Shown here in pieces: positions 51,255 to 64,000 of a DNA stretch of 64,000 nucleotides (its first letter is position 1; every line of letters starts with the position of its first letter). Origin of the DNA: Eledone cirrhosa. Taxonomy: Eukaryota. The notes beneath the pieces are model-generated. The model did not search any database. It saw only the letters and a list, made by a program, of their open reading frames with translations, and was not told the DNA's origin. The stretch covers positions 342,488,001-342,552,000 of the forward strand of contig OZ024741.1 of NCBI GenBank assembly GCA_964016885.1. The letters are read 5' to 3'. A program made the translations under genes and the position numbers.

Positions 51255-54200
51255 TATAATAATAATAATAATAATAATGGTAATAATGATTTCTTTATTG
51301 GCCACAAGGCTTTACATAAAGTAGACATTAAGGACAGTACAGGACAATACAGGGCGGCACAAATGGGCATTTCTGCGTGTAAAAAACAAAAGCAGAGGAT
51401 GTAACAAAAAAAAAAAAATAACAATGAAAAATTCCCCAATAGCGGGGAGACTTCCGAGGGACATTCGTGGAGAAAGCCCATTAAAAAGCCACAGTGACCC
51501 TGACCACCAGGGCAAGTGACCTCTCCCACCTTTAATTTACAGACACATACTCAGAGTATTCACTCGGGCGATTCTTGCCTCTCTCACCCACCTTTCAACA
51601 AAATGTTGGGAAGAGAGCACCTCCCTCTCTACCCTGATTTTCCTTTTTAAATGAAATTTGAAAAAGTTAATCAGGGCATCACCGAAGAGGTAAGTGCTCG
51701 TCTTCAGCCCTTTCAAACGCGTCCACCATACTATCTCTTTCGCCATGGTCACCAGACAGATAACAATTTCCTGCCCTTCCCGGCTAAAGGAAGAGGACGG
51801 GGCAATCCTCACGATGGACTTAGCTGATAGCTGGATCCGTCCAGGTGTTCGACATAAACCCTTAAGTCAGCAATACTCGGACACTGGACGAGTGCGTGCA
51901 GGACGGTTTCGTCGCCCTGCGCACATCTCGGACATGCCTGGCTGACGGCAGCTCCATGCCTGTAGAGTTTATCCCGAACTGGCAAAGCTCCTCGGTAGCA
52001 CTGCCAAGCCAGGGATTTCTGGAAGTTGTCCATAGGCCCCGGTCCGAAAGTTCTGAAGAGATTAGCTAGTTGATTTTCGTCGACGTCTAGAGTTTCCAGA
52101 AGTACGTCGTCGCTCTTCCTCTCCACTTATCCTCTATAGAACGCCAGGGTGGAGTTTCCACCGATCACATTGCCCGATTGGTCGAGGACTGCAGCTCCGT
52201 CAAGGAGACGAGCTGGCGAAAGACGCGTCTAGCAAACGGCGACCACACCTGATCACCGTCGAGGAAGAGGTGGAGATGTCGTAGCCTGAGCGCGTGTCTG
52301 CGCATCATCAGCCACGGCATACCCAGCCCTCCACGTAGCGGGTGTTGACAGCAGATGGACCGCCTGACCATCGGAGCGCGTCCCTTCCACAAAAAGCGAA
52401 AGAGCAAACGCTCCAGCGCAGCCAGGCAAGGCTTAGGACAAGGCACGACGGTCAGGCGGTAGTAGATGACGGACGCGATGTACGCGTTAGCCACCTCCGC
52501 TCGACCTTTCAGGGATAGTCCTCTCTGCCCATTTCTGGGTGAGAGAAACCACCCTGCTCGTCACCTCGTCCCAGTTTTTGTCCGTCTGGAGGTCCGGACC
52601 GTACCAGACCTCTAGCAATTTAACCGGTCCGTCCGTCTAGCGCCCGACGACGCTGTTGGACGGCATAGACCTGCCTCTCCAGGTGCCGAGCTGCAGGCCC
52701 ACCGATTTTTCCTGGTTGATCATTGCTCCTGTCACCGCTTCGTATTCTCTTAGTGTAGTGCCGATCGCCATGATGTGTTTGGCGTTCGACACCACTACGG
52801 TGACATCGTCCGAATATGCTGACACGGATCTTCCGCATCCTAGTTCGCGCGGGACCCCCTCAACGTCTCCAGTTTGTGCAGTAATGGCTCGAGAGTCAAT
52901 ACGTACAAGAGGGACGAGAGGGGAGCGTGGGGAGGGATCCAGCCTTTGAAGACGGGCCAGCCGCTCTCAGGACTGCCGCCAGATAACGATGGTCGACCCT
53001 CGGGCGGCATGGGCTTGCCTCTCCAGTTACCGAGCTGCAAGCCCACCGACTTTTCCTGGTTTAACTTTGCTCCTGTCACTGCTTCATATTCATTGAGAGC
53101 GGTGCCAACAATCTGGACATGTCCGGCGCTTGACGTCGTCGGCGTAAGCGGATACGGATCTCCCATATCCCAGTTCGCGTGGGACGTCTCTCATCGCCTC
53201 CAATTTGTGCAGTAACGGATCTAGGGCCAATACTTACAAGAGTGACGAGAGGGAACAACCCTGACGGACCGAGCGCATGAGAGTGAACGGCTGTGACAGA
53301 TGACCGTTCACCTTCACAACTGAGCAGATGTGGCTGTGCATCGCAGCGATCCAACCACTGATAATGGGCCTGAAACCAGCCGCCTCAAGGACTGCCGCCA
53401 GGTACAGATGGTCGACCCTATCAAATGCCTTAGATTGATCTAAGTTGATCAGGGGCCCACCAGTGCCAGGTTCCTTAACCACCCTCTGTATGATGTATTG
53501 CATGAGGTGGATGGATATGTCTGGAATGGCGCTTGTCTGCGCCTCTCCTACCAGATTACCAACGACAAGCGCCAATCTCGTTGCTAACACCATGGCCAAA
53601 ATCTTGAAATCTGTGTTTAACAGAGTTATGTGCCTAAAGTTGTCTATAACGTCTTCTTTGTTCGGATCTTTTCTCAACAGCACCACCGCTCCCCGGCTCA
53701 CAAAACTGGGAATGCTCCCGTTCTGCTGCCAGTTGCAGTAGACGTCTGCCAAGAGGTCGTCAAACAAGCCTGGCATGTACGCATAAAGCTCGTAGGCCAG
53801 ACAATCCAAACCTGGCGATTTACCCCTCGGACAGTCAGATATCGCTTCCCGTATTTCACCTGCTGTTTTCGGTTTTTCGCAATACTGCACTGCAGTTGTC
53901 GAGAGCTGTGGCTGTCCCTCGAGGTATGCACGGAAGTTCATACTCCGATCTGGCCCGCCGCCGTTCCCAAACAGTTGAACAAAGTGCTGCTGAAAAGCCT
54001 CACACATTTGCTCGGGTTCGAGTAACATGTGCCCGTTTTGGTCAGGCAAGGATTGAATTGTGGCTTTGTTGCCACGTCGCCCCTCCACCACCCGGCCCAT
54101 TGGACACCTTTTGTCCACTCTTGTCTCCGAGCACGCGCTCTAGCTCTGACAACGTAGCCTTCGTGCTTTGCATTGAAGAATTGGTCGAGTGCCAATCTTG

Positions 54201-55227
54201 CCGCAAGCACGTCGGTTGCGATGCATGTCCTAAACGCCTCTTCTAGTTTTCTAACTAGCTCTCTTTCTACTCTATTTTCCTCTATCTTTACTCCTTTGCT
54301 AAACCTTATTGATTCTACTCTAATTGCCCTTTTCAGGGTAAACCACCACCTGTCGTTGACGATCGCACCCTTCAACGCACGCTTAACTAATTCGCTTATC
54401 CGGTCTCTGTAAGACGCGTTCAGCTTCCAGTAACCGGGTGCTTGCCTATGAAGTCTATCTATGTCGACTTCACAGACCACAAATTTGTGGTCCGAGTAGC
54501 CGACTACTTTAAATTGTAAACAACCTACGCTAGCCTTATCTGTTTCCCTACACAATACCCGATGCAGTTTGCCCATGCCGACATTGGCACATTCGGATAA
54601 ACCAATCGATACCTGTCAGACAGTTGAAAACGTCTGAGCAGGTTGGTGAGGCTTTTACATCCTTCTCCCTTATTTACTTGCCCCACATAATCCCAGCGTG
54701 CATCTAAGATACGTTCCAGTCACCCACTAACACCAAAGAGCGGGACGTTGCAAGAAAGGTCTCTAGACGTCTGAAGAAATCTGGCCGTCCTGCCCCTGTT
54801 GGGGCGTAGACGGTTACTAGCCCGAAAGCATTGCTTTCGCTGCCTGTCACGTCCAGTACCACCGTCTTACCTTCTTGGTCCAGGAAGATGGCCCGTATAG
54901 CGAGATCCAAGCCTCTCCGAACAAGCACAGCAACTACCCCCGCCCCGCTCCCGGACGGCTGGGAGATGCATATACATCGTAGCCGCCGAAGATCGGTGCG
55001 AAGTCTCATGCTTCGGAAATTCTGGTCTCGCTGATGGCCACCACATCCATGTTTAGTGACCTGAGATCGTTAAGCAGGTGACCCTGCTTCCAAGATGACC
55101 CCAGGCCATGTACATTTATACTGCCTATTCTAAGTAAGGCCATGTTGCGTGAGGAATGGAGCAAGTGAGAAAGGATCACCTACCCTGATCGTCTGGGAAA
55201 GGGACCGTCCCTTTGGCTGGTCATGGG
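51255..55227 (-). mobile_element. Tx1-clade LINE ORF2 (composite of two diverged copies), (ATT)n tail
   Basis: ATG at 55143 (MALLRIGSINVHGLG), APE motifs, KSPGLD, FRHITLLNTDFKI, LDQSKAFDRVDH, VRQGC, AYSDD and CPRCAQGDETVLHALVQC. Confidence 0.93.
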
Positions 55228-55932
55228 TGTTTCTACTTTTGGCACAAGGCCAGCAATTACCCAGTACATTATTGGTACTTTATTTTATCGAGCCCGTAAG
55301 GATGAAAGGTAAAGTTAACCTCGGCGGATTTGAACTCAGAACGTAAAGGGCAATAACATTCTGCTGCAAAGCATGGTGTCTGACGCTACCTATACCGCCA
55401 AACCACAACAACAGCAACAATAATTATAATAATAAAAAGGGCAATATCAACAACAACAACAATATTAATAATAATTGTTTCTACTTTTGGCACAAGGCCA
55501 GCAATTACCCAGTGTATTACTGGTACTTTATTTTATCGACCCCGTAACAATATTAATAATAATTGTTTCTACTTTTGGCACAAGGCCAGCAATTACCCAG
55601 TACATTACTGGTACTTTATTTTATCGACCCCGTAAGGATGAACGGCAAAGTTGACCTCGGCGGGATGGAACTCAGATCATAAAGGGACGTAACTCTATGC
55701 TTCAAAGCATGGTGTCCGACTCTCTACCGATACTGCCGATCCACCGCATTAATAATAATTGTTTCTACTTTTGGCACAAGGCTAGCAATTACCCAGTGCA
55801 TTACTGGTACTTTATTTTATCAACCCCGTAAGGATGAAAGGCAAAGTCAACCTCGGTGTGATTTGAACTCAGATCGTAAAGGGACGTAACTATGGTGGAA
55901 AGCATGGCGTCCGACCCTCTACCGATACTGCC
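55228..55932 (-). mobile_element. Tandem SINE array (~4 copies)
   Basis: Copies start at 55228 and about 55470, 55555 and 55755. Confidence 0.9.
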
Positions 55933-56127
55933 TAAGCAACGCTATGCACTACAGAGTGATTGTCTGAAAAACTGGAAAAGAAATCCTTGCACAGAAAATG
56001 TGCAGCGTTGAAAGTGCTGCGACTGCAGAGTGAAGTGGTTCTCTTAGAAGAACAAAGAGAAAACTGAACAGAAGGATTAAGAAGAAAAAAATACATGTTT
56101 ACCTTGGAGATTCTGAGCTGGTATAAC

Positions 56128-56158
<31 letters not shown>

Positions 56159-56828
56159 TGTATGTATGTATGTATGTATGTATGTATGTATGTATGTATG
56201 TATTTATGTATGTACTTTTGTATGTATGTACTTTTGTATGTATGTATGTGTATATATGTATGTATGTATGTATATATGTATGTATGTACTTTTGTATGTA
56301 TGTATGTGTATATATGTATGTATGTATATATGTATGTATGTACTTTTGTATGTATGTATATGTATATATGTATGTATGTATATATGTATGTATGTACTTT
56401 TGTATGTATGTATATGTATATATGTATGTATATATGTATATATGTATGTATGTACTTTTGTATGTATGTATGTGTATATATGTATGTATATATGTATGTT
56501 TGTATGTATATAGGTATGTATTATGTATTTATGTATGTTGGTAGGTATGTATATATGTACGTATGATGTATGTATGTATGTATGTATGTATGTATGTATG
56601 TATGTATGTATGTATGTATGTATGTATGTATATATGTTTGTATGTATGTATGTATATATATGTTTGTGTGTATGTATGTATATGTGTATGTATGTATGTA
56701 TTTATGTATGTATGTATTTATGTATGTATGGTGTATTTATGTATATTGGTATGTATGCATGTCTGTACGTATGATGTATGTATGTATGTATGTATATATA
56801 TATGTATACATGATTATGTACATGTATA

Positions 56829-56903
<75 letters not shown>

Positions 56904-56996
56904 GTGGGTGGGTGTGCGTGTGTGTCAGCTTCCTATTTGTTTTCTAAGTAGGTAATTGTGGTTGTTGTTTATGTGTATATGTATGTTATGTGTGCG

Positions 56997-57032
<36 letters not shown>

Positions 57033-57064
57033 GGGGGTGGGGGGTGGGTGCGTATATATGTACA

Positions 57065-57101
<37 letters not shown>

Positions 57102-57155
57102 TTATGCATATATCTGTATTTATTTATATACACACACATATATACATATACATAT

Positions 57156-57209
<54 letters not shown>

Positions 57210-57225
57210 ATATTCATCCATTTGT
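56128..57225. repeat. (TATG)n/(TA)n microsatellite field
   Basis: Seen directly in the sequence. Confidence 0.93.
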
Positions 57226-57455
57226 TTTTGTAATCTTTAAATTTCTCCAGTGTAGAGAGTCAGTCTCCTATCAAGAAACAAGGCTCCTTCACTGGAAATT
57301 AGACAATAACAACGAAGGCGAATCATATACTGGTCTTCAATAAGTCTTGTATTATCTTATTGTTCTACTTGTATGTATGTATGTATGTATGTATGTATGT
57401 ATGTATGTATGTATGTATGTATGTATGTATGTATGTGTGTATGTATGTATGTATG

Positions 57456-58142
57456 TCAGGTCACCAGTTGGTGCTACTGGTAACATGTATCCCAGTACAA
57501 CCTGTCTCATGGTCGGGTCGTTGGCGACTAAACTGACAACCCCACCAAGGTTTCTTGGTGAGGAGGGTGACTTTGGACATCCTGCAGGACTAAAAACAAA
57601 ACCTGTCAAAGGGCAAAGGAGCTCTTAAGAGTCAATGGCCATCCAAAATCACCGGGAGAGATGACCCCTTAGCCTTTGTCAAGGCAGAATTCTAGGAGAA
57701 GGAAAACTCTGATATAACACCTGCAACCCTGATGGTATCCAATGATGTTGACTTGTTCTTCTTTTTGGTAAATATCATCTTGGTTAAGAGAGTGGGACTG
57801 GCTTTGTGCAGTGCCTTTGCTCACTATAAAAGCTTCACAGCACACGCATTGCTTTATATCTGGAGATCTCTCTGCACTTGTCATCACAAGGTACCTTGGG
57901 CCCAGCACTATGTGTCAATAATTGTCACAAGTGTAGTGTTTGTACCAGAGTTTTCAAGTCGCTGGCTGGACTAAAAAGTCACACTCGTTCAGCGCATCTG
58001 TAGGGGTTCTCCTACATGGATATAAAGTAGTGGCCGTACTCGAAAACGAGTTGGCAGCCACCATGTAAGTATGTATGTATGTAATGTATGTATGTATGTA
58101 TGTATGTATGTATGTATGTATGTATGTATGTATGTATGTATG

Positions 58143-58170
<28 letters not shown>
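57456..58170 (+). mobile_element. Bipartite non-autonomous RTE-derived element with (TATG)n tail
   Basis: RTE-like 5' UTR motif ctaggagaaggaaaactctga, and terminal zinc finger CSVCTRVFKSLAGLKSHTRSAH* at 57932-58003. No RT lies between them. Confidence 0.75.
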
Positions 58171-58173
<3 letters not shown>

Positions 58174-58305
58174 GTACATGGTATTATTTATGTTTACAAA
58201 CTGGCCTTGTGCCAAAAGTAGAAACAATTATTTATGTTTACAATTTAATTACCTATTTGTACACACATATGCATAATACGTACATACACAACACTACACA
58301 CACAC

Positions 58306-58366
<61 letters not shown>

Positions 58367-58367
58367 G

Positions 58368-58469
58368 TATGAAAAATTTGGGACTCCGATGGCTGAGCTC
58401 CTGCCGATCTCGGATCTAGCTGTTGAAACGGCAGGAGCTCAGCGGTCTCGGGGTTCTAAATTTTTCATA
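58368..58469 (+). other. ~100-nt GC-rich hairpin
   Basis: Arms are at 58368-58406 and 58429-58469, with a 22-nt loop. Confidence 0.7.
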
Positions 58470-58991
58470 TTACCCACTCTACTACCCCAAGTATCGAGTA
58501 CTCTCGTGAGTAATGGTCTAACTCGATATCATTCACTATTTTGTAATGATCAAATGCCCAGATTCATTCTTTGAGCTTATTCTTAGGGGATAAGGCGCAT
58601 GTTCGAGATTATCTCAAACATCACATAATTTTAACTGTAATATTGCAGACTCCTGCAATAGGAATTTGTCGATCATGGATTTGCAGAAACTTAGCGCTGT
58701 CGTTGCGTGCGATATTGTGATCTATATTGTGAAAACACCATGTGGATTATATATTTTACACTCAGCCTCAGCGTTATGTCCAGGTCAGTAAAAAATCTTT
58801 TCCTGGGTCCTGTATTTTCGTTGCTCTGGTAATGCGGTCGGACTGCTGACTGCTATATCTAATTTGCTAAGCTGTCTGAACATAATGTTATACTCTGGAG
58901 TCTTACCTCATCTGAGTGCTAAAGCTACAAACCGAATAAGCATACACGCTAGCTTGGCCGTATACTAGAGGTTCGTCTATGCTGTACTAAA

Positions 58992-59073
<82 letters not shown>

Positions 59074-59451
59074 ATATATGATGGCTACCCGCTCGTTATC
59101 GAGAATGGCCATTGCACGATATACCATTATTAATAATTATTAATTAATTCTATCGTGCAATGCCTGTGCGTGAAGATATTTTTAAAAGTGAGGAAAGACC
59201 GTGCACCGAGCCAATCCCACTCTCTGAGTGACAGTAGCTATAACCTGAAAAGAAGAAAAGATCAACATCATCGGTAACTACTGAGCCGCAGGTTTTATAT
59301 CGGAGTTATCCCAGTTTCCTGAGTTGCCTTCCCCTAGAAGGATGCCCTGACTGAAAGAATGAGAAATTAGAAAGATTAAAGGGGCTGGCGGGGTGGAATT
59401 CGAAAAGTGTTTTTAGAGAAAAATAACAGGTCTATTCATGTTGCCATCTCT

Positions 59452-59517
<66 letters not shown>

Positions 59518-59692
59518 TTCAAGAGTAACCAATCTTAAAGAGAGAGATGGAGATAGTAGAGGAGATATGAGAGGAGAGATTTGTGAGTTAGTTAGAAGCC
59601 AAAGCATAATGGCATGTGCTCAATGTGCAATATGCAGTAGAAAGCAGCTAGGTGGCTGGGTTCATGCAGAGGTTAGGTGCACAGAGCTGGAA

Positions 59693-59760
59693 ATATTCAT
59701 TAGTTAAGCAAAACAAGACTCAGAATCTCACTTAAGTGTCTTGTTTTGCTTAACTAATGA

Positions 59761-59763
<3 letters not shown>
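59693..59763. repeat. Perfect 27-bp-arm palindrome abutting (TA)n
   Basis: atattcattagttaagcaaaacaagac / gtcttgttttgcttaactaatgaatat. Confidence 0.9.
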
Positions 59764-59800
<37 letters not shown>

Positions 59801-59871
59801 CCAGGAAGCTCCAACCGTTAAGGTTGTCTTTTTTTCCGGGTATGTCAATATTTATTTATAAAACAAATCTG

Positions 59872-59937
59872 TATTTTATCTGATGAAATCGCACCATAAT
59901 TTGCCTTGGTTGCCCTTGAAATATGTATAATAAAATA
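59872..59937 (+). ncRNA. Type I hammerhead ribozyme with the same stem I as 19627-19697
   Basis: tattttat-CTGATGA-aatcgcacca..tggttgccctt-GAAA-tatgta-TA-ataaaata. Confidence 0.72.
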
Positions 59938-59975
59938 AATATGGTTTTATAAATATAGTTTCCATTTATTAATAT

Positions 59976-60400
<425 letters not shown>

Positions 60401-60521
60401 GTATATATATATATATATATACAAGGTTAACCAGGAATCATTAAAATCCTTCCCATCGAAGTTAACAAAGAACTTACTAGATCTACCAACTCATAATATT
60501 ATAATATTATAAAATTAAATC

Positions 60522-60707
60522 ATTTGGCAGTATCGGTAGAGGGTCGGAAGCCATACTTTCCAGCATAGTTACGTCCCTTTACGATTTGAGTTCAAATCCC
60601 GCCGAGGTTGACTTTGCCTTTCATCTTTACGGGGTCGATAAAATAAAGTACCAGTAATGCACTGGGTAATTGCTGGCCTTGTGCCTAAAGTAGAAACAAT
60701 TAATTAT
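60522..60707 (+). mobile_element. SINE (short form)
   Basis: Full SINE motif set. Confidence 0.9.
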
Positions 60708-60741
60708 TTAACACTACAAGTGAAGTCATTCTTTTTCTTTT

Positions 60742-60779
<38 letters not shown>

Positions 60780-61714
60780 ACATAACTACATGCACACACA
60801 CATACATGTAATAGATTGATGTACATGAACATAAGTAGTACAATTAAAGTTCATCTCAAAAAGATATCCTACCACTGAGAGTGCACAATGTCTCAACAGA
60901 TATTCGGGGCTATGACTTTATTCCCATGTAAATTAAACAAACTAGAGGAAGGAATCTCAAATATTTCATGTAAAGAAAATATCGAATATTTACCATATGT
61001 TACCTCACAGGGCATTTAGATGTTTCAGTGAATATTCACCTCGCCAGCTGTTGTTGCACTGAAGACAATTACTCATTTAAACCATAAAATATATAGCAAT
61101 TTTATCATGACGAATGGGAGGCGTATAAACCAATCAACAGCAGACAAAAGAATGAAGCAGTCCCTTTATATATCATTAATAAATGATATCTGTCATAGAA
61201 TGATAGTGAAAAACTAAATGGTCCATTGGGAAAATATAAGCTGGGATGCTTAAATACAATATTGTTGATAGACACAAATGGGCCAAGGCAGTATAATTTT
61301 AGTTCATTTAAACGAGATACTTAATCTCCAAAAAGACATAACTCAATAGAATGTCTGTACTATGACTTTAGGTTTACGTGAATTACATATTATGGAGGAA
61401 TAAACATACATACATACATACATACATTCATACATACGTACACACATACATACATTCATACATACAAACATTCATACATATGTACATACAAAACATTCAT
61501 ACATAGATACATAAATACATACGTATGTACATACATACATACAAACATACGTACCCCCCTCCCCACACACAAACACACATATATATATACTCGTTAATGT
61601 TCTCACTAATCAATACAGTGTTGATGTTTGTGCGAAAGTATATATATGTATATGTATATTGTATATATATATGTATATTGTATATATATATATATATTGT
61701 ATATATATATGTAT

Positions 61715-61759
<45 letters not shown>

Positions 61760-61761
<2 letters not shown>

Positions 61762-62120
61762 TCTGAGTTCAAATCCCGCCGAAGTCAACTTTGCCTTTCA
61801 TCTTTTAAAGCTCGATGTAAAAAGTACCAGTCTCGTACTGGAGTCGATTCTTCTTTTATATCACTCTCTCATTTCCTCTCTATCACACACACATGCACAC
61901 ATGCACACATGCACACACACACATGCACACACACACAGACACACACAAACACACACACATACACCTATGCACACACACACACACTCTCTCTCTCTTCTTC
62001 TTTGGAAGAAACTTACTGTGTTCTGACATGGACAGAAGATGGGCACCGTCAGGTTTGAACATGTCCAAGAGACGCTGTATGATACGACCCGAGCACCCAC
62101 CACACCATCAGGAGTTATAG
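61760..62120 (+). mobile_element. SINE, long-tail subfamily, 5'-truncated, with (CA) expansion in the linker
   Basis: B box, core and tail ending ccatcaggagtta. Confidence 0.7.
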
Positions 62121-62189
62121 CTTCATACATACATATATTCTATACTCGGTATATTTTACAGTCCTACAGTCTTGCTGTTGGCTCTCCCT

Positions 62190-62478
62190 CGTGTCAGACA
62201 ACGGATACTCCTGTTGATACAATGAGTGCATAAGTGGCTGAGCACTCCATCGATATGTGCGGCCTCAACGTAGTCCTCAGTACAGCGGGATACAATATGT
62301 GACCAGGCTGGCTACTTGAATTACAAATACACCTCATTTTTGCCAGCTGAGTGGACTGGAGCAATGTGAAATAAAGTAACTTGTTCAAGAGGACAACGCA
62401 TCACTCAGTCAGGAAATCAAACTCATGACCTTACAATCATAAGCCCGGCAGGATAACTACTAAGACATGCACCTTCAT
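62190..62478 (-). mobile_element. Second SINE family (CORE-like central domain)
   Basis: Reverse complement shows a tRNA-like head, then cttgaacaagttactttatttcacattgctccagtccactcagctg. Confidence 0.65.
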
Positions 62479-62814
62479 GAGATACATATTGATTTATAAT
62501 AATTTTCTAGTTGCAAAAAACGCTCGACATTTATGAGCACGGTGACATCAACTTCTTCAAGATCTACTTGAAGCGGAGTATAAAGATGGAGAAGATAGAG
62601 AGAGAAGTGCAGACTTCTTGAAAATTTGATGAAAATCAATGAAAATGATCTTGTCGATTTTGCTTCCTTATGGTTGCGACCATTTGCTTATCTGTTTCGA
62701 TCTCCTCCAGGGGCGACTCGTTAGTTTTGTGGTCCTTCCAGCTGATGTGATGTGCCCACCTGTAACATGTTATCTCAACATGTCATCCAGGCCCAGAGCA
62801 CTGCGCCCTTATCC

Positions 62815-63525
62815 TGTACCACAGCGAGATTTGAACAGAGAAAGTAAAGTGCCGGAACAAATACTGCGAAGCATTTGTCCGACGCTCTAACAAATCTGCC
62901 AATCCACAAACTCCACATTAATAATTGTTTCTACTTTTTGGCACAAGGCCAGCAATTACCCAGTACATTACTGGTACTTTATTTTATCGACCCCGTAAGG
63001 ATGAAAGGCAAAGTTAACCTCGGCGGGATTTGAACTCAGAATGACAAGGGCCGTAACTCTATGTGTCAAAGCATGGCGTCCGACCTTCTACCGATACTGC
63101 CAATCCACATAACAGTTTCTACTTTAGGCACAAGGCCAACAATTTGAAAGGAAGGGGAAAGTCGATTCAATCGACCCCAGTGCATTACTGGTGCTTTATT
63201 TTATCGACCCCCGTAAGGATGAAAGACAAAGCTAAGCTCGGCGAGATTTTGAACTCAGAACGCAGAGGGCCGTAACTCTATGTTGCCAAGCGTAGTGTCC
63301 GACGCTCTATGGCTACTGCCAATCCACTGCCCTAGATAATTGTTTCTACTTTTGGCACAAGGCCAGCAATTACCCCAGTGCATTACTGGTACTTTATTTT
63401 ATCGACCCCGCATGGATGAAAGGCGAAGTTAAACTCAGCGTGGTTTGAACTCAGAACGTAAAGGGCCATAACTCTATGCTGCAAAGCATGATGTCCGACC
63501 CTCTGCCGATACTGCCAATCCACAT
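62815..63525 (-). mobile_element. Tandem SINE array (~4 copies)
   Basis: Copies lie at about 62815, 62920, 63112 and 63337. Confidence 0.9.
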
Positions 63526-64000
63526 TAACAATACTAACGACAACAGGCAAAACGTGGAAAATATAGAAGAGAAAAATAACTCCAAGAATTGGAAGATAAA
63601 AGAGGAACAAGAGCGGAGAGGGAAATAATAGAGTTTATTTGATGTATATAGTTTTTCACAAAGGTAAGATGCTATAGTGCATGTATGTATGTATGTATGT
63701 ATGTATGTATGTATGTATGTATGTATGTATGTATGTATGTATGTATGTATGTATGTATGTATGTGTGTATGTATGTATGTATGTATGTATGTATGTATGT
63801 ATGTTTTCTCTTTCTCTTAATTTCGAGTATATTTTTTTTTGACCGGCCACTTTCCTGGTGGCAAGGTTGTTATGTATGTATATGTGTATGTATGTATGTG
63901 TGTATGTATGTATGTATGTATGTGTGTATGTATGTATGTATGCATGTATGTATGTATGTATGTGTGTATGTATGTATGTGTGTATGTGTGTATGTATGTA

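Noticed and set aside
57932-58003. Host C2H2 zinc-finger gene
   Set aside because: A single terminal finger followed by a short UTR and microsatellite tail is typical of RTE ORF ends.
62525-62620. Short coding-like piece INFFKIYLKRSIKME
   Set aside because: It resembles a decayed Tx1 ORF2 C-terminal scrap rather than a host exon.

Overview
This is AT-rich, repeat-saturated eukaryotic DNA, most likely from a coleoid cephalopod (octopus-like; inferred from the SINE families and extreme microsatellite load). No prokaryotic genes, rRNA, tRNA genes or CRISPR arrays were seen, and nearly all ORFs in the supplied track are microsatellite or antisense artefacts. The window holds four large Tx1/L1-clade LINE pieces, about 30 tRNA-derived SINE copies (often head-to-tail), two Penelope-like elements (PLEs), R4/Dong, CRE and RTE LINE relics, hAT MITEs, a Helitron and several mini/microsatellites. 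The most interesting signals are: (1) the dominant SINE shares its 3' terminal ~30 nt with the Tx1 LINE and is co-oriented with it in arrays; (2) about 10 hammerhead-ribozyme (HHR) motifs of several families, including palindromes with two inverted HHRs that abut (TA)n tracts; (3) one probable host exon/ORF encoding a His/Tyr/Arg/Asp-rich repeat protein; (4) a long-TIR element with unidentified GC-rich cargo; (5) a (TA)n-anchored 5' module found joined to two different downstream sequences. All calls were made by eye, and boundaries are approximate unless a motif is quoted.
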